Assembly (NCBI GenBank): GCA_035433165.1
Contig: DAORUL010000002.1
Span: 5,687-49,109, forward strand
Length of the DNA: 43,423 bases
Reading direction: 5' to 3'
Source of the DNA: Thermomonas sp.
GTDB lineage: Bacteria; Pseudomonadota; Gammaproteobacteria; Xanthomonadales; Xanthomonadaceae
This document shows positions 1-9,968 of this stretch, in pieces. The number at the start of each line of letters is the position of its first letter. The first letter of the stretch is position 1. Under the pieces are notes generated by a model. The model saw nothing but the letters and a program-made list of their open reading frames with translations, was not told where the DNA came from and ran no database searches. The position numbers were made by a program, and so were the translations under genes.

Positions 1-1263
1 GTGCAGGAAGGGATGGAAATGACGGAGAACGCGGACGAAGCCGACGTCATCCTGATCAATACCTGCTCGATCCGCGAAAAAGCGCAGGAAAAGGTATTCA
101 GCCAGTTGGGCCGCTGGAAAAGCTTCAAGCAAGGCGAACGCCCGGTGATCATTGGCGTGGCCGGCTGCGTGGCTTCGCAGGAAGGTGCCGCAATTCTGGA
201 CCGTGCACCGTACGTGGATTTGGTGTTTGGCCCGCAAACCCTGCACCGCTTGCCGGAAATGATTGCGCAGCGGCAAACCAGCGGCCAGCCGCAGGTGGAC
301 ATCAGTTTTCCGGAGATCGAGAAGTTCGACCGCCTGCCGGAACCCCGCGCCGATGGCCCCACCGCTTTTGTCTCGATCATGGAAGGCTGCTCGAAATATT
401 GTTCGTACTGCGTGGTGCCCTACACCCGTGGCGAGGAAATCAGCCGCCCGTTCGAGAGCGTGCTGACCGAAGTGGCCGAGCTGGCCGCACAAGGCGTACG
501 CGAAGTCAACTTGCTGGGCCAGAACGTCAACGCCTACCGCGGCCCACTGGGCGATACGGGGGAAACCGCCGATCTGGGCTTGCTGATCCGCGCCATTGCC
601 GAAATCGAGGGCATCGGTCGCATCCGTTTCACCACCTCGCACCCACTGGAGTTCTCCGATTCGCTGATCGAGGCCTACCGCGACGTGCCCAAGCTGGCCA
701 ACTATCTGCACCTGCCTGTGCAGGCCGGCAGCGACCGTATTTTGTCGGCGATGAAACGCGGCTACACGGCGCTGGAGTTCAAGCAGAAAATCCGCAAATT
801 GCGTGCGGTGCGGCCGGATATTTCGGTGTCGTCCGACTTCATCGTTGGCTTTCCCGGCGAGACCGAGGCCGACTTCGAAAAAACCATGAAGCTGATCGAG
901 GATGTGGGCTTCGACCAGAGCTTTTCGTTCATCTATTCGCGCCGCCCCGGCACCCCCGCCTCCGACCTGGAAGACACCACCAGCAGCGAAGAAAAACACG
1001 CGCGGCTGAACCGCTTGCAAAAGCACATCAGCGCGCACGCCGCCACCATTTCGCAAGCAATGGTCGGCAGCGTACAAACGGTATTGGTGGAAGGCCCGTC
1101 GCGCAAAGACCCGAATGAATTGACCGGCAAAACCGAAAATATGCGCCCGGTGAATTTTGCCGGCCACGCGCGTTTAGTTGGCCAATTTGTGGATGTGGAG
1201 ATCACCCAGGCAATGCCCAATTCGCTGCGTGGGCGGGTGTTGATGGCGGGCGACACTGCGTAG
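1..1263 (+). CDS. miaB: tRNA-2-methylthio-N6-dimethylallyladenosine synthase MiaB (5' truncated by window edge)
   Basis: UPF0004 motifs NTCSIREKA and GCVAS, radical-SAM CSKYCSYC, C-terminal TRAM domain; lies upstream of phoH-ybeY-corC as in the conserved locus. Confidence 0.97.
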   Translation: MQEGMEMTENADEADVILINTCSIREKAQEKVFSQLGRWKSFKQGERPVIIGVAGCVASQEGAAILDRAPYVDLVFGPQTLHRLPEMIAQRQTSGQPQVDISFPEIEKFDRLPEPRADGPTAFVSIMEGCSKYCSYCVVPYTRGEEISRPFESVLTEVAELAAQGVREVNLLGQNVNAYRGPLGDTGETADLGLLIRAIAEIEGIGRIRFTTSHPLEFSDSLIEAYRDVPKLANYLHLPVQAGSDRILSAMKRGYTALEFKQKIRKLRAVRPDISVSSDFIVGFPGETEADFEKTMKLIEDVGFDQSFSFIYSRRPGTPASDLEDTTSSEEKHARLNRLQKHISAHAATISQAMVGSVQTVLVEGPSRKDPNELTGKTENMRPVNFAGHARLVGQFVDVEITQAMPNSLRGRVLMAGDTA

Positions 1264-1294
1264 GCACTGCCTGCGGATCGCGATGATTTTCTCC

Positions 1295-1311
1295 CACCCC
1301 GTGAAGGGGTG
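1295..1311. terminator. Small hairpin between convergent genes (possible terminator)
   Basis: CACCCC-GTGAA-GGGGTG between the miaB stop and the amidohydrolase stop; no clear U-tract. Confidence 0.3.
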
Positions 1312-1321
1312 ACTGGATCCT

Positions 1322-2980
1322 TCAGCGCGCTTCGTACACCGGCTTGCCGTCCACATAAGTGGCCTGGATGGTCAAGCTGCGCAGCGCGGCATCGGGCACC
1401 GTCAACGGGTCTTCGGCCAGCACCACGAAGTCGGCACGCTTGCCGGCTTCCAGGCTGCCAACTTCGTGTTCGCCAAATCCGGCGTACGCCGCTTCCAATG
1501 TGAAGCCGCGCAGCGCCTCGAACGCGGTCAGCTTTTCGTCGGGATACCAACCGCCTGCAGGCAGCCCTTGCGCATCGCTGCGGGTGACGGCCGCATACAA
1601 GCCCAACCTCGGATCCACGGATTCAATCGGGAAATCCGAGCCCAATGCCAAATGCGTGCCGGCATCGCGCACTTGCCGCCAGGCATACGCACCCACGATC
1701 CGCTGCGGGCCAACGCGATCCTGCGCCCATGGCATGTCGCTGGTGGCGTGGGTGGGCTGCATCGAGGCGATCACATGCAGCTTGGCCAGCCGCGGCAAAT
1801 CGTCAGGTGACAGGATTTGCGCGTGTTCGATGCGCCAGCGGTGATCGCTGTCCACATCCTTGCCCAGCACCTTGGCATAGGTATCCAAAGCCATTCGATT
1901 GCCACGGTCACCGATCGCATGGGTGGCCACCTGCACGCCGCAGCGATGGGCCTTCCCGGCGGCAACCGCCATGTCTTCCGGCGCAGTGACAAACACGCCG
2001 CGATTGCCGTGATCGTCACTGTAGTCCTGCAACAACGCCGCCCCACGGCTGCCCAATGCACCGTCGGCATACAGTTTCACGGCGCGCATTTGCAAGCGCC
2101 CGGATGGATGCCGATACAGCCCATTGCTGCACAAGAACTCCAGAGCCGCCTTGTTGCCATCGGCCATCGCGTAGATGCGCAGCGGGACTTGGCCCTTGTC
2201 GGCCAGTCGCTGATAGCGGCGCAGCTCCTGCAGCGGAATACCAGCATCGTGAACGCCGGTCAGCCCATGCTCGACCGCAGCCTGCATGCCCAGTACCAGC
2301 GCCCGCTCGGCGGTGGCCTCATCCATGGGCGGGCGTACGGCCTCCAGCAAATCCATCGCATTGTCGATGAGTACCCCGCTGGGCCGGCCCGCAGCGTCAC
2401 GCCGGATAATGCCGCCGTCCGGTTGCCAGTTGCCAGTCAGATCACGCTGGATGGCACGCATGGCAGCGGTATTGGCCCAACCGGCATGGCCATCGATGCG
2501 GTACAGCCATACCGGGCGCTCCGGAAATGCAGCATCCAGGTCCGCCGCCACAGGAAAGGCCTTGTCCGGCCAATCGTTCTGATCCCAACCGCGCCCGGTC
2601 AACCAGGCCCCAGCCGGAAGGGTTTTTTCGAATGCGCGCAACCGTGCAACGACCTCCTGCTTGTTCGAACTGCCCACCAGATCAACGGTGAGAAAGGTCA
2701 TCCCCAACCCTTCCACATGCCCATGCGCGTCGATCAAACCCGGTACCACCGTCGCGGTGCCCACATCAAGCCGCTTGGCATCGGGATAGCGCGCCAGCAA
2801 TGCCTGCGCTTGGCCCACCGCAAGAATCTTGCCGGAGGCGTCGAACGCCAGCGCCTGCGCCTGTGGCTGGGTGGCGTCCATGGTGTGGATGCGCCGGGCG
2901 GTGAGCACCGTGGTTTGCGCCAGCACCGGCCCGGCCAGCAGGCCGCACAACAACAGGGCCAATCGATTCACTCTGCGCAT
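1322..2980 (-). CDS. Exported metal-dependent amidohydrolase (YtcJ-like, amidohydrolase 3)
   Basis: PGLIDAHGH, KLYADGALGSRGA, HAIGD, RIEHAQ and GSDFP motifs; signal peptide MRRVNRLALLLCGLLAGPVLA; ATG 2980 chosen because AAGGA lies 9 nt upstream. Confidence 0.88.
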   Translation of the reverse strand: MRRVNRLALLLCGLLAGPVLAQTTVLTARRIHTMDATQPQAQALAFDASGKILAVGQAQALLARYPDAKRLDVGTATVVPGLIDAHGHVEGLGMTFLTVDLVGSSNKQEVVARLRAFEKTLPAGAWLTGRGWDQNDWPDKAFPVAADLDAAFPERPVWLYRIDGHAGWANTAAMRAIQRDLTGNWQPDGGIIRRDAAGRPSGVLIDNAMDLLEAVRPPMDEATAERALVLGMQAAVEHGLTGVHDAGIPLQELRRYQRLADKGQVPLRIYAMADGNKAALEFLCSNGLYRHPSGRLQMRAVKLYADGALGSRGAALLQDYSDDHGNRGVFVTAPEDMAVAAGKAHRCGVQVATHAIGDRGNRMALDTYAKVLGKDVDSDHRWRIEHAQILSPDDLPRLAKLHVIASMQPTHATSDMPWAQDRVGPQRIVGAYAWRQVRDAGTHLALGSDFPIESVDPRLGLYAAVTRSDAQGLPAGGWYPDEKLTAFEALRGFTLEAAYAGFGEHEVGSLEAGKRADFVVLAEDPLTVPDAALRSLTIQATYVDGKPVYEAR

Positions 2981-3034
2981 CGTTTGCATTCCTTTTTTCA
3001 CGATTATGGCGACTGTACCAAGATCACGCGGCGG

Positions 3035-4117
3035 TCAATCCAACCGCTTGCGAAAGCGCAGAATTGCCAGCGTCATCATCGCCAGGGTGAACACCAGCAG
3101 CGCCAACGCATCCGGCCACAATTCCAGCAAACCGGCACCGCGCAACATCACGCCGCGAATCAAGCGGATGAAGTGGGTCAGCGGCAACACCTCGGCCAGC
3201 CACTGCACCACACGCGGCATGCCATCGAACGGGAACATGAAACCGGACAACATGATCGACGGCAGGAACAGGAAGAACGCCATCTGCATCGACTGGAACT
3301 GGGTCCTGGCCACGGTCGACACCAGCAAGCCCAGACTCAGATTGGCGACGATCAGCAGCACCGAGGCGGCATACACCTGAAACAGGCTGCCGTGCACCGG
3401 CACCTGAAACAGCAGTGCGCCCAGCAGCAAGACCAAGGTGGCCTGCACCAGCCCGGCGGCAATGTAGGGAATCACTTTGCCGATCATCAACTCGGCGCTG
3501 GACACTGGCGTTGTGATCAGCAGCTCCAGATTGCCGCGCTCGCGCTCGCGCACGATGGCCATGGCGGTGAACATCACCATGGTCATGGTCAGAATCACGC
3601 CGATCAGCCCCGGCACCACATTGATCGCGGAGATGCGGCGCGGGTTGTACAGTGGCAGCACACTGATCTGCGAAGTGGTGGCGGCACGTTGCCCGTCCAG
3701 CGGCATCTGCGCCAACTGGCGCGCACTGGCCTGCACGGAGGTGTCGCTGCCATCCACGATCACTTGCACCGCTTCGCGGCCATCGATGCGGCGGCGCTCG
3801 AAGTCCGGCGGAATCAAGATGCCAATCCGGATCCGGCCGGCGCGCAGCAGTGCCTGCAATTCCTGCGGCGTGCGCGCCACTGCGGCCGGGCGCACGATTT
3901 CGGTGGCAAACATGTCCTGCGTCAGCGCGCGTGAGCCACCGGTGCCTGCCATATCGGCCACTGCCGCCGGCAGGTTGCGCACGTCGGGATTGATGGCGTA
4001 ACCAAACAGCAGCAGTTGCATGGTCGGGATGCCGATCATCATCGCCACGGTCATGCGGTCACGCGCCATCTGCCGCACTTCCTTCCACATCACCGCCAGA
4101 ATCTGTTGCAGTTTCAT
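3035..4117 (-). CDS. ABC-2 type exporter permease (YbhR/YbhS-like)
   Basis: KEVRQMARDR N-terminus, AIVRERERGNLELL motif, LSGFMFP...LPLTHF, multiple TM helices. Confidence 0.92.
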   Translation of the reverse strand: MKLQQILAVMWKEVRQMARDRMTVAMMIGIPTMQLLLFGYAINPDVRNLPAAVADMAGTGGSRALTQDMFATEIVRPAAVARTPQELQALLRAGRIRIGILIPPDFERRRIDGREAVQVIVDGSDTSVQASARQLAQMPLDGQRAATTSQISVLPLYNPRRISAINVVPGLIGVILTMTMVMFTAMAIVRERERGNLELLITTPVSSAELMIGKVIPYIAAGLVQATLVLLLGALLFQVPVHGSLFQVYAASVLLIVANLSLGLLVSTVARTQFQSMQMAFFLFLPSIMLSGFMFPFDGMPRVVQWLAEVLPLTHFIRLIRGVMLRGAGLLELWPDALALLVFTLAMMTLAILRFRKRLD

Positions 4118-5070
4118 GCCGCCCGCGCCTCCGCGCTGCCATGCGTGGCGGACACGAACACGTCTTCCAAATTAGGCGTAATGGCTTGCACATCGGCGGT
4201 GATGCCTTGTGCCTGCAATGCCGCGTGCAGCACGCCAGCGGCGTTCTCCGCAGTCACCGACTGCGCGCACAGCACGCGCAATTCATTGCCGACCTGGGCC
4301 ACGCTGAGGACACCCGGTACGACATGCAGCAGCGACTGCGCGCGTCGGGGTTCGCCACTGTGCACGCCGAGGGTGCGCCCGGTGAGTTGCCCGGTCAGTT
4401 GGCCGGGCGTGCCATCGGCCACCAACCGGCCGTTATCGAGAATCGCGATGCGATGGCAACGCTCGGCTTCATCCATGTAATGGGTGGACACCAGAATCGT
4501 GGTGCCGGCATCGGCGAGGTCGAACAGGCTTTCCCAGAAGCTGCGCCGCGATTCCGGATCAACCGCGCTGGTGGGCTCATCCAAGAACAGCAGCTCGGGC
4601 TTATGGACCACCGCACCGGCCAGTGCCAGCCGCTGCTTCTGCCCGCCGCTCATGGTGCCGGCCAGTTGCCGTGCGCGGTCGGCCAGGTCGTAGTTGTGCA
4701 GCAACTCATCCACGCGGCTGCGCCGCGCCGCGCGCGGCAAACCTTGCACGGTGGCCAGGAACTCCAGGTTCTCGCGCACGCTGAGGTCTTCGTACAGCGC
4801 GAACTTCTGGGTCATGTAGCCAATCCGCTTGCGCAGCGCTTCGGCCTGTTCGGGGATGCGCAGGCCAAGCACTTCGATATCACCCGCGCTTGGTGTCAGC
4901 AGGCCGCACAACATGCGAATGGTGGTGGACTTGCCGGAGCCATTCGGTCCGAGGAATCCATACACGCTGGCGCGCGGTACCGACAGATCCACGCGATCCA
5001 CCGCCAGCAGCGCACCAAAGCGTTTGCTCAGGCCACGGGCGCGAATGGCGATGGCTTCATCATTGGCCAC
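4114..5070 (-). CDS. ABC exporter ATP-binding subunit
   Basis: Walker A GPNGSGKS, signature MSGGQ, Walker B LFLDEP, H-loop STHY; GTG start at 5070 overlaps the HlyD gene end. Confidence 0.93.
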   Translation of the reverse strand: MANDEAIAIRARGLSKRFGALLAVDRVDLSVPRASVYGFLGPNGSGKSTTIRMLCGLLTPSAGDIEVLGLRIPEQAEALRKRIGYMTQKFALYEDLSVRENLEFLATVQGLPRAARRSRVDELLHNYDLADRARQLAGTMSGGQKQRLALAGAVVHKPELLFLDEPTSAVDPESRRSFWESLFDLADAGTTILVSTHYMDEAERCHRIAILDNGRLVADGTPGQLTGQLTGRTLGVHSGEPRRAQSLLHVVPGVLSVAQVGNELRVLCAQSVTAENAAGVLHAALQAQGITADVQAITPNLEDVFVSATHGSAEARAA

Positions 5071-6034
5071 GCGCAGCACCCGCAAACTCGACGCGCACCG
5101 GAATCCCCGCCGGCAACGCCACCGGCGTGTCCAGTACAACCTCGGCCAGATAACTCAAGCGCGCCGCATCGTCGCCGCTCAATGCGTAGTACGGGGTGAA
5201 TACCGGCTCGCTGCGCACCATCCGCACATGGCCTTTGAGGCTGCCCTCGCGGCCATCCACAAATACCTGCGCCGCCTGTCCCGGCTGCACGTTTGCACGC
5301 AGCGGTTCCGGCACATAGACACGCGCATACGGCGCATCGCCCACCAACATGATGGCCAAGGCCGCGCCCACCGGTGCTTGGTCGCCCAATTTGTACGGCA
5401 GGCTGTCCACCCGCCCTGCACGTGGCGCAGTGATGTCCAGTTTGCCCAGCGTTGCCGACTGCACAGCCGCCTGCGCCAACGCGGCAGCGGCAGCGGCTTC
5501 GCCCTGCGCGATACGCTCACTGCGGGTGCCGTGCAGCAGCTCGTCCAATCCGGCCTGTGCTGCGCGCACTTGCCCGTCAGCATTGCCGGCGGCAGCGCGC
5601 GCACGATCCACATCGGCCACCGCCACCAGTTTGCGTTCGCCCAAGCTGCGCAAGCGCGTGAAGTTGGCGCGGGCATCAAGCGCCTGTGCCTGCACCGCAG
5701 CAAGCTGGGCGCGGGCTTGCGCGATTTGCTCGCTGCGCGGGCCGGCACGCAGTTCGGCCAAGGCCTCACTGCTTTGCCGCGCTTGCGCCTGCATCGCGTC
5801 CAGTTGCGAACGCGTGCGGGTGACGTCCAATTGCAGCAAACGTGCACCGGCCGCCACCTGCTGGCCTTCGCGCACATCGATGGCCACGATTTTCTCTGCC
5901 GTGGGTGCCGGCAAGGTGATGCGGTCCCATTCCAGGGTGCCCAGCACCTGCGGCGGTGGCTTGCTGCAGGCGCCAAGCAGCGCAATGGTGGCGATGGCGA
6001 GCAGGGCTTTGGCCTGCATCATGGCTGTTTTCAT
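5060..6034 (-). CDS. HlyD-family periplasmic adaptor (lipoprotein-type signal)
   Basis: LLGAC lipobox, VREGQQVAAG lipoyl half-motif, long coiled coil, ITAPRAG, FTPYYAL. Confidence 0.9.
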   Translation of the reverse strand: MKTAMMQAKALLAIATIALLGACSKPPPQVLGTLEWDRITLPAPTAEKIVAIDVREGQQVAAGARLLQLDVTRTRSQLDAMQAQARQSSEALAELRAGPRSEQIAQARAQLAAVQAQALDARANFTRLRSLGERKLVAVADVDRARAAAGNADGQVRAAQAGLDELLHGTRSERIAQGEAAAAAALAQAAVQSATLGKLDITAPRAGRVDSLPYKLGDQAPVGAALAIMLVGDAPYARVYVPEPLRANVQPGQAAQVFVDGREGSLKGHVRMVRSEPVFTPYYALSGDDAARLSYLAEVVLDTPVALPAGIPVRVEFAGAARGQ

Positions 6035-6702
6035 TCGATTCCAATCCCGCGGTCAAGCAGCGCCAGCGTGTGCCGGCGCAGCGTTTCAATATCGAGATCA
6101 TCGGCTTCGAAAAGTTGCCGCCAGATCGGCGCGCCGGCAATCGGAAACAGGGTCAGGCCGACCAGCGAAACCATCAGCAAGCGCGGATCCAGGCCTGATT
6201 GAATTTCGCCGCGTGCCTGCGCCGCCGCAAAGCGCGCCGCCATCATTTGGGGAATCACCGGGCCCACGCGCTGAAACATCACGTCGCGCAGCGCGCCGCC
6301 TTCGCACAACACTTCGCGCACCCACAGCGGCGGCAGCCAAGGATGGGCGATGGCAATCTTGCCCACCCCGCCCACAAACCCGGCGATCAGCGCCGCCACA
6401 TCGTCACCGGCCTGCTGCAGCGGTTCGCGCAACATCGCCATCACCGGCATCAACCGCTCCTCCACCACCGCCGCCTGCAACTGCGGCTTGTCGCCAAAGT
6501 AGTAATGCAGCAAGGCTGGCGTCACCCCGGCCTCGCGGGCGATATCACGCAGCGATGTCGCCCCAATGCCTTGCCGCACGAAACAGGCCAATGCCGCGTC
6601 CAGCACGCTGGCGCGCTGGTCTGGTGCATCGGCCGCGGGACGCCCAGGGGCGCGCTTGCGCGGCGCGCTGGTGGTTTTCCTGCGAGGCGCCGGTGTGCTC
6701 AT
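6031..6702 (-). CDS. TetR/AcrR family transcriptional regulator
   Basis: HTH TSLRDIAREAGVTPALLHYYFGDK; first gene of the exporter operon. Confidence 0.93.
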   Translation of the reverse strand: MSTPAPRRKTTSAPRKRAPGRPAADAPDQRASVLDAALACFVRQGIGATSLRDIAREAGVTPALLHYYFGDKPQLQAAVVEERLMPVMAMLREPLQQAGDDVAALIAGFVGGVGKIAIAHPWLPPLWVREVLCEGGALRDVMFQRVGPVIPQMMAARFAAAQARGEIQSGLDPRLLMVSLVGLTLFPIAGAPIWRQLFEADDLDIETLRRHTLALLDRGIGIE

Positions 6703-6708
6703 GGCATT

Positions 6709-6737
6709 ATTTAATTCACTGTTTAATTAAATGTCAA
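6709..6737 (-). promoter_or_regulatory. Sigma70 promoter with overlapping palindromic (TetR-type) operator
   Basis: Minus strand reads TTGACA (6737-6732), 17 nt, TTAAAT, 6 nt, ATG; inverted repeat ATTTAATT-N8-AATTAAAT at 6709-6732. Confidence 0.75.
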
Positions 6738-6787
6738 GCCAACGCGGCCTCGCACCATTGCCTTGAGCGCGCTACCCTGCGCGACCT

Positions 6788-7762
6788 ATGCCACATCACG
6801 ACTTCACCTTAGAACCCGACGACCTTGAACGCTTGGCCAATCTGTGCGGCCCGTTCGATGCCCATCTGCGCCTGATTGAATTGCGGCTTGGCGTGGAAAT
6901 CGCCAATCGCGGCAATGTGTTTCGCGTCAGCGGCGAAGACCCGGCGCTGACGCAGGCCCAGCGCCTGCTGCAAGCGCTGTATGTCGATGCCGAACACGAT
7001 GTGCTGGACGAGCACGCGATCCATCTGCGGCTGGGCGCCTGCAACGGCGATGTGCCCGCACCGGTTGCCAGCCACGACGGCGTGCCGCAAGACATCGCCA
7101 TTCGGGTCAAGCGCGGCACCCTGCGCGGGCGTGGCGACAATCAACGCAAGTACCTGCATGCCATTGCCAGCCACGACATCAATTTCGGCGTCGGCCCGGC
7201 CGGCACCGGCAAGACGTATCTGGCGGTTGCGATGGCGGTGGATGCGCTGAGCCAGTCGCGCGTGCAGCGGGTGATTCTGGTGCGCCCCGCAGTGGAAGCC
7301 GGTGAGAAATTGGGCTTTTTGCCGGGTGATTTGACCCAAAAGGTGGATCCTTATTTGCGCCCGCTGTACGACGCGCTGTATGAAATGCTGGGTGTGGAGA
7401 AAGTGGCGCGGCTGCTGGAGCGCAACGTCATCGAAATCGCACCGCTGGCCTACATGCGCGGACGCACCCTCAACGATGCCTTCGTGATTCTGGATGAAGC
7501 GCAGAACACCAGCATCGAACAGATGAAAATGTTTTTGACGCGGCTGGGCTTTGGCAGCACCGCTGTGATCACCGGCGACGTTACCCAGATCGACCTGCCC
7601 AAACATCAAAAATCCGGGTTGAAAGATGCGGTGGACGTCCTGCGCGGCGTTGATGGCGTGAGCTTTACCTACTTCGAATCACGCGACGTGGTCCGGCACC
7701 CGCTGGTGGCGCGCATCGTCAATGCGTATGAGGCCCGCGACGCCGCCAACGGGCAGGCGTAG
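6788..7762 (+). CDS. ybeZ: PhoH-like ATPase (YbeZ/PhoL)
   Basis: GPAGTGKTYLA, RPAVEAGEKLGFLPG, PLAYMRGRTL, ILDEAQN, VVRHPLV. Confidence 0.95.
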   Translation: MPHHDFTLEPDDLERLANLCGPFDAHLRLIELRLGVEIANRGNVFRVSGEDPALTQAQRLLQALYVDAEHDVLDEHAIHLRLGACNGDVPAPVASHDGVPQDIAIRVKRGTLRGRGDNQRKYLHAIASHDINFGVGPAGTGKTYLAVAMAVDALSQSRVQRVILVRPAVEAGEKLGFLPGDLTQKVDPYLRPLYDALYEMLGVEKVARLLERNVIEIAPLAYMRGRTLNDAFVILDEAQNTSIEQMKMFLTRLGFGSTAVITGDVTQIDLPKHQKSGLKDAVDVLRGVDGVSFTYFESRDVVRHPLVARIVNAYEARDAANGQA

Positions 7763-7771
7763 GATGCGCGT

Positions 7772-8257
7772 ATGACCCAAGGCCCTGTCCGTCTGGATGT
7801 TGCGGTTGGCTATGCGCTGCCTCGCGCCGGTATTCCGGCGGCGGCGAGTTTTCGCAAATGGGTGGCAGCAGCGCTGGCGGGGCGCATCCGCGAGGCCGAT
7901 CTGGCCATTCGCATCGTCGATAGTGAAGAAGGCCGTGCGCTGAATCGCCACTATCGCGGCAAGGACTACGCCACCAATGTCCTCAGCTTCCCGGCGGAGC
8001 TGCCGGAAGGCCTGCCCAAAGGGGTGAAATTCCCGCTGCTGGGCGATCTGGTGATCTGCGCGCCGGTGGTGGCGCGTGAAGCCGACGAGCAAGGCAAGCC
8101 GCGCAACGCGCATTATGCCCACCTGACCATCCACGGCTGCCTGCACCTGCTGGGGATGGATCACATCGACCCGCGTGAAGCCGAAGCAATGGAACAACTG
8201 GAGCGCGACATCCTGGCCGGGCTGGGCGTGCCCGATCCGTATCAGGACGGGGCATAG
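7772..8257 (+). CDS. ybeY: rRNA maturation endoribonuclease YbeY
   Basis: [17 protein letters not shown] and the zinc motif [11 protein letters not shown]. Confidence 0.97.
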   Translation: MTQGPVRLDVAVGYALPRAGIPAAASFRKWVAAALAGRIREADLAIRIVDSEEGRALNRHYRGKDYATNVLSFPAELPEGLPKGVKFPLLGDLVICAPVVAREADEQGKPRNAHYAHLTIHGCLHLLGMDHIDPREAEAMEQLERDILAGLGVPDPYQDGA

Positions 8258-8262
8258 TCCGT

Positions 8263-9822
8263 TTACTTTGCAGGCACCAATCCCTGCGCCTTGACCAGGG
8301 CGATAAAGCGCGGATCATTGGCATAGCGCGCCACAAACGGCATGTAGCGAATTTCGGCCAATCCAGGATCATGGGTACGCCGCGCTTCTTCCAGCCAATG
8401 GAACATTTGCGCTTCGTCATCGCGCTGCGCATACACCCCGGCAATCTGGGTAGCAGCGTCCTTGGCATGCTGGCGAATCAGCACCTGCAATTCTTCTTCC
8501 GAATGCACGCGGTCGTTATTGGCCCAATACGCCATCGCCAACGCATAACTGCGCCACAGTGGTACGGGCTCGCGCTTGGCTATCGTGATCGCCTCGGCAG
8601 TGCGATTTTGCTGGAATACCGCCATCGCCATGAACGCCTGCGCCAATGGCAGCCCGGGCGCTAACGTCAGCGCTTGCTGCAATACATGCTCGGCCTGCGG
8701 GTAATCGGCTTGGCTTAAATACACACTGCCCAAACTGTACAGCGTGGGTGCGGAGAGTGGGTTCGTTTTCAATGCGGCACGCAGGCTTTCCACCGCTTGA
8801 TCCAGCTGCCCAAAGCCGATTTGACGCACCGCCAGCATCGACAGCAGATCGGCATCGTGCGGGCGCAATGCCAACGCTCGACGAAGTGCATCCACCGCAC
8901 CAGGCTGGTCATGCGCAATGCCGACCAACCATGCCGCGTTGGCCTGCTGGGCTTCGGCAAGATCACTGGCCAAGCGCAATGCTGCGGCCGCATCCCGCCG
9001 CGCCAGTTCGCCCTGCGTGCCGGCGTCGGCATCATCCAGTGGAAACTGGGTGATCTGGCGCACGCGCGCCTGTGCCAACCGCGCATGGGCATAGGCATAG
9101 TCGGGATCCAAATCGACGGCATGCTGATAGGCCTCTACCGCCTGCCGCGCACTGAAAATATCGGCCTGCGTCGCCAAAGCGTCACCACGCAGCACTGCGG
9201 CATAGGCCTCGAGATTGCCGCCGGGTGGACGGTCGTCCTGCTTTGGCCTGGCGCCGGCATTGGCCTGCAAGGTTTTCGCCAGCGTCGCCACAATCTCATC
9301 TTGCAGCGCAAACAACTCGCCCTCCACCCGCTGGTAATGCTGTGACCACAGGCTGCTGCCATCGGCCGCTTGCACCAGCTCCACATCCAGTTGCAGTACC
9401 CCTGCCTGCCGCTGCACCCGGCCACGCAACAAGTGGCTGGCTCCCAGTGCATCGCCAATCACGCTATTGAGCTCGCTGGAGTTGCGATAACGAAACGCCG
9501 ACTCGCCACTGATGGTGGCCACCCCCGGCAACCCCGCCAGCGCCCGCGTGAAGTGATTGGCCAAGCCATCGGCAAACGCCTGCGCGTCCGCATCATCGCC
9601 GGACACCTGCAACGGCAGCACCGCCACGACATTGATGATTTGTGCCTTGGTGTTGTCTGAATTGTCGGCGTTGCCGGTGTCAGCTGCGCTCTGTGCTGCC
9701 GCTGGCACGGTCTGCGGCGCACGGCTGCAGGCCGCACAGAGCAGCGCCAATGCAACTGGCACGGCCAGTAATCCGCGATATCCCATCCTGGTTGGGCTGG
9801 CCTTGCTGACCCCTTCCGGCAT
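8263..9822 (-). CDS. TolB-like/FlgO-domain plus TPR-repeat protein, probable lipoprotein
   Basis: VAVLPL...FADGL...LGASHLLRGRV...LWSQHY TolB-like module, then TPR units (AVDLDPDYAYAHARLA, ALALRPHDA, ALKTNPLS); LCAAC lipobox; GGAG 8 nt before ATG 9822 (ATG 9786 is an alternative). Confidence 0.75.
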   Translation of the reverse strand: MPEGVSKASPTRMGYRGLLAVPVALALLCAACSRAPQTVPAAAQSAADTGNADNSDNTKAQIINVVAVLPLQVSGDDADAQAFADGLANHFTRALAGLPGVATISGESAFRYRNSSELNSVIGDALGASHLLRGRVQRQAGVLQLDVELVQAADGSSLWSQHYQRVEGELFALQDEIVATLAKTLQANAGARPKQDDRPPGGNLEAYAAVLRGDALATQADIFSARQAVEAYQHAVDLDPDYAYAHARLAQARVRQITQFPLDDADAGTQGELARRDAAAALRLASDLAEAQQANAAWLVGIAHDQPGAVDALRRALALRPHDADLLSMLAVRQIGFGQLDQAVESLRAALKTNPLSAPTLYSLGSVYLSQADYPQAEHVLQQALTLAPGLPLAQAFMAMAVFQQNRTAEAITIAKREPVPLWRSYALAMAYWANNDRVHSEEELQVLIRQHAKDAATQIAGVYAQRDDEAQMFHWLEEARRTHDPGLAEIRYMPFVARYANDPRFIALVKAQGLVPAK

Positions 9823-9968
9823 CCTTGAATCTCCACGATTTGATCCCCTGCGTGCATTTGGCAACGCAACCCGGACAGATGCAAGCATCCCCAACTGCTG
9901 GTGATGGCCAATTTTGGCCGCAGGATTCGTTAGACTTCACAGGTGCAACCACAAGGCCCCCACGCCCC

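Noticed and set aside
1817-3934. 705-aa plus-strand ORF and other long antisense ORFs (e.g. 14280-15677, 16581-18338, 26425-28044, 37475-38884)
   Set aside because: They shadow well-supported genes on the opposite strand, have no motifs, and are expected from GC-rich codon bias.
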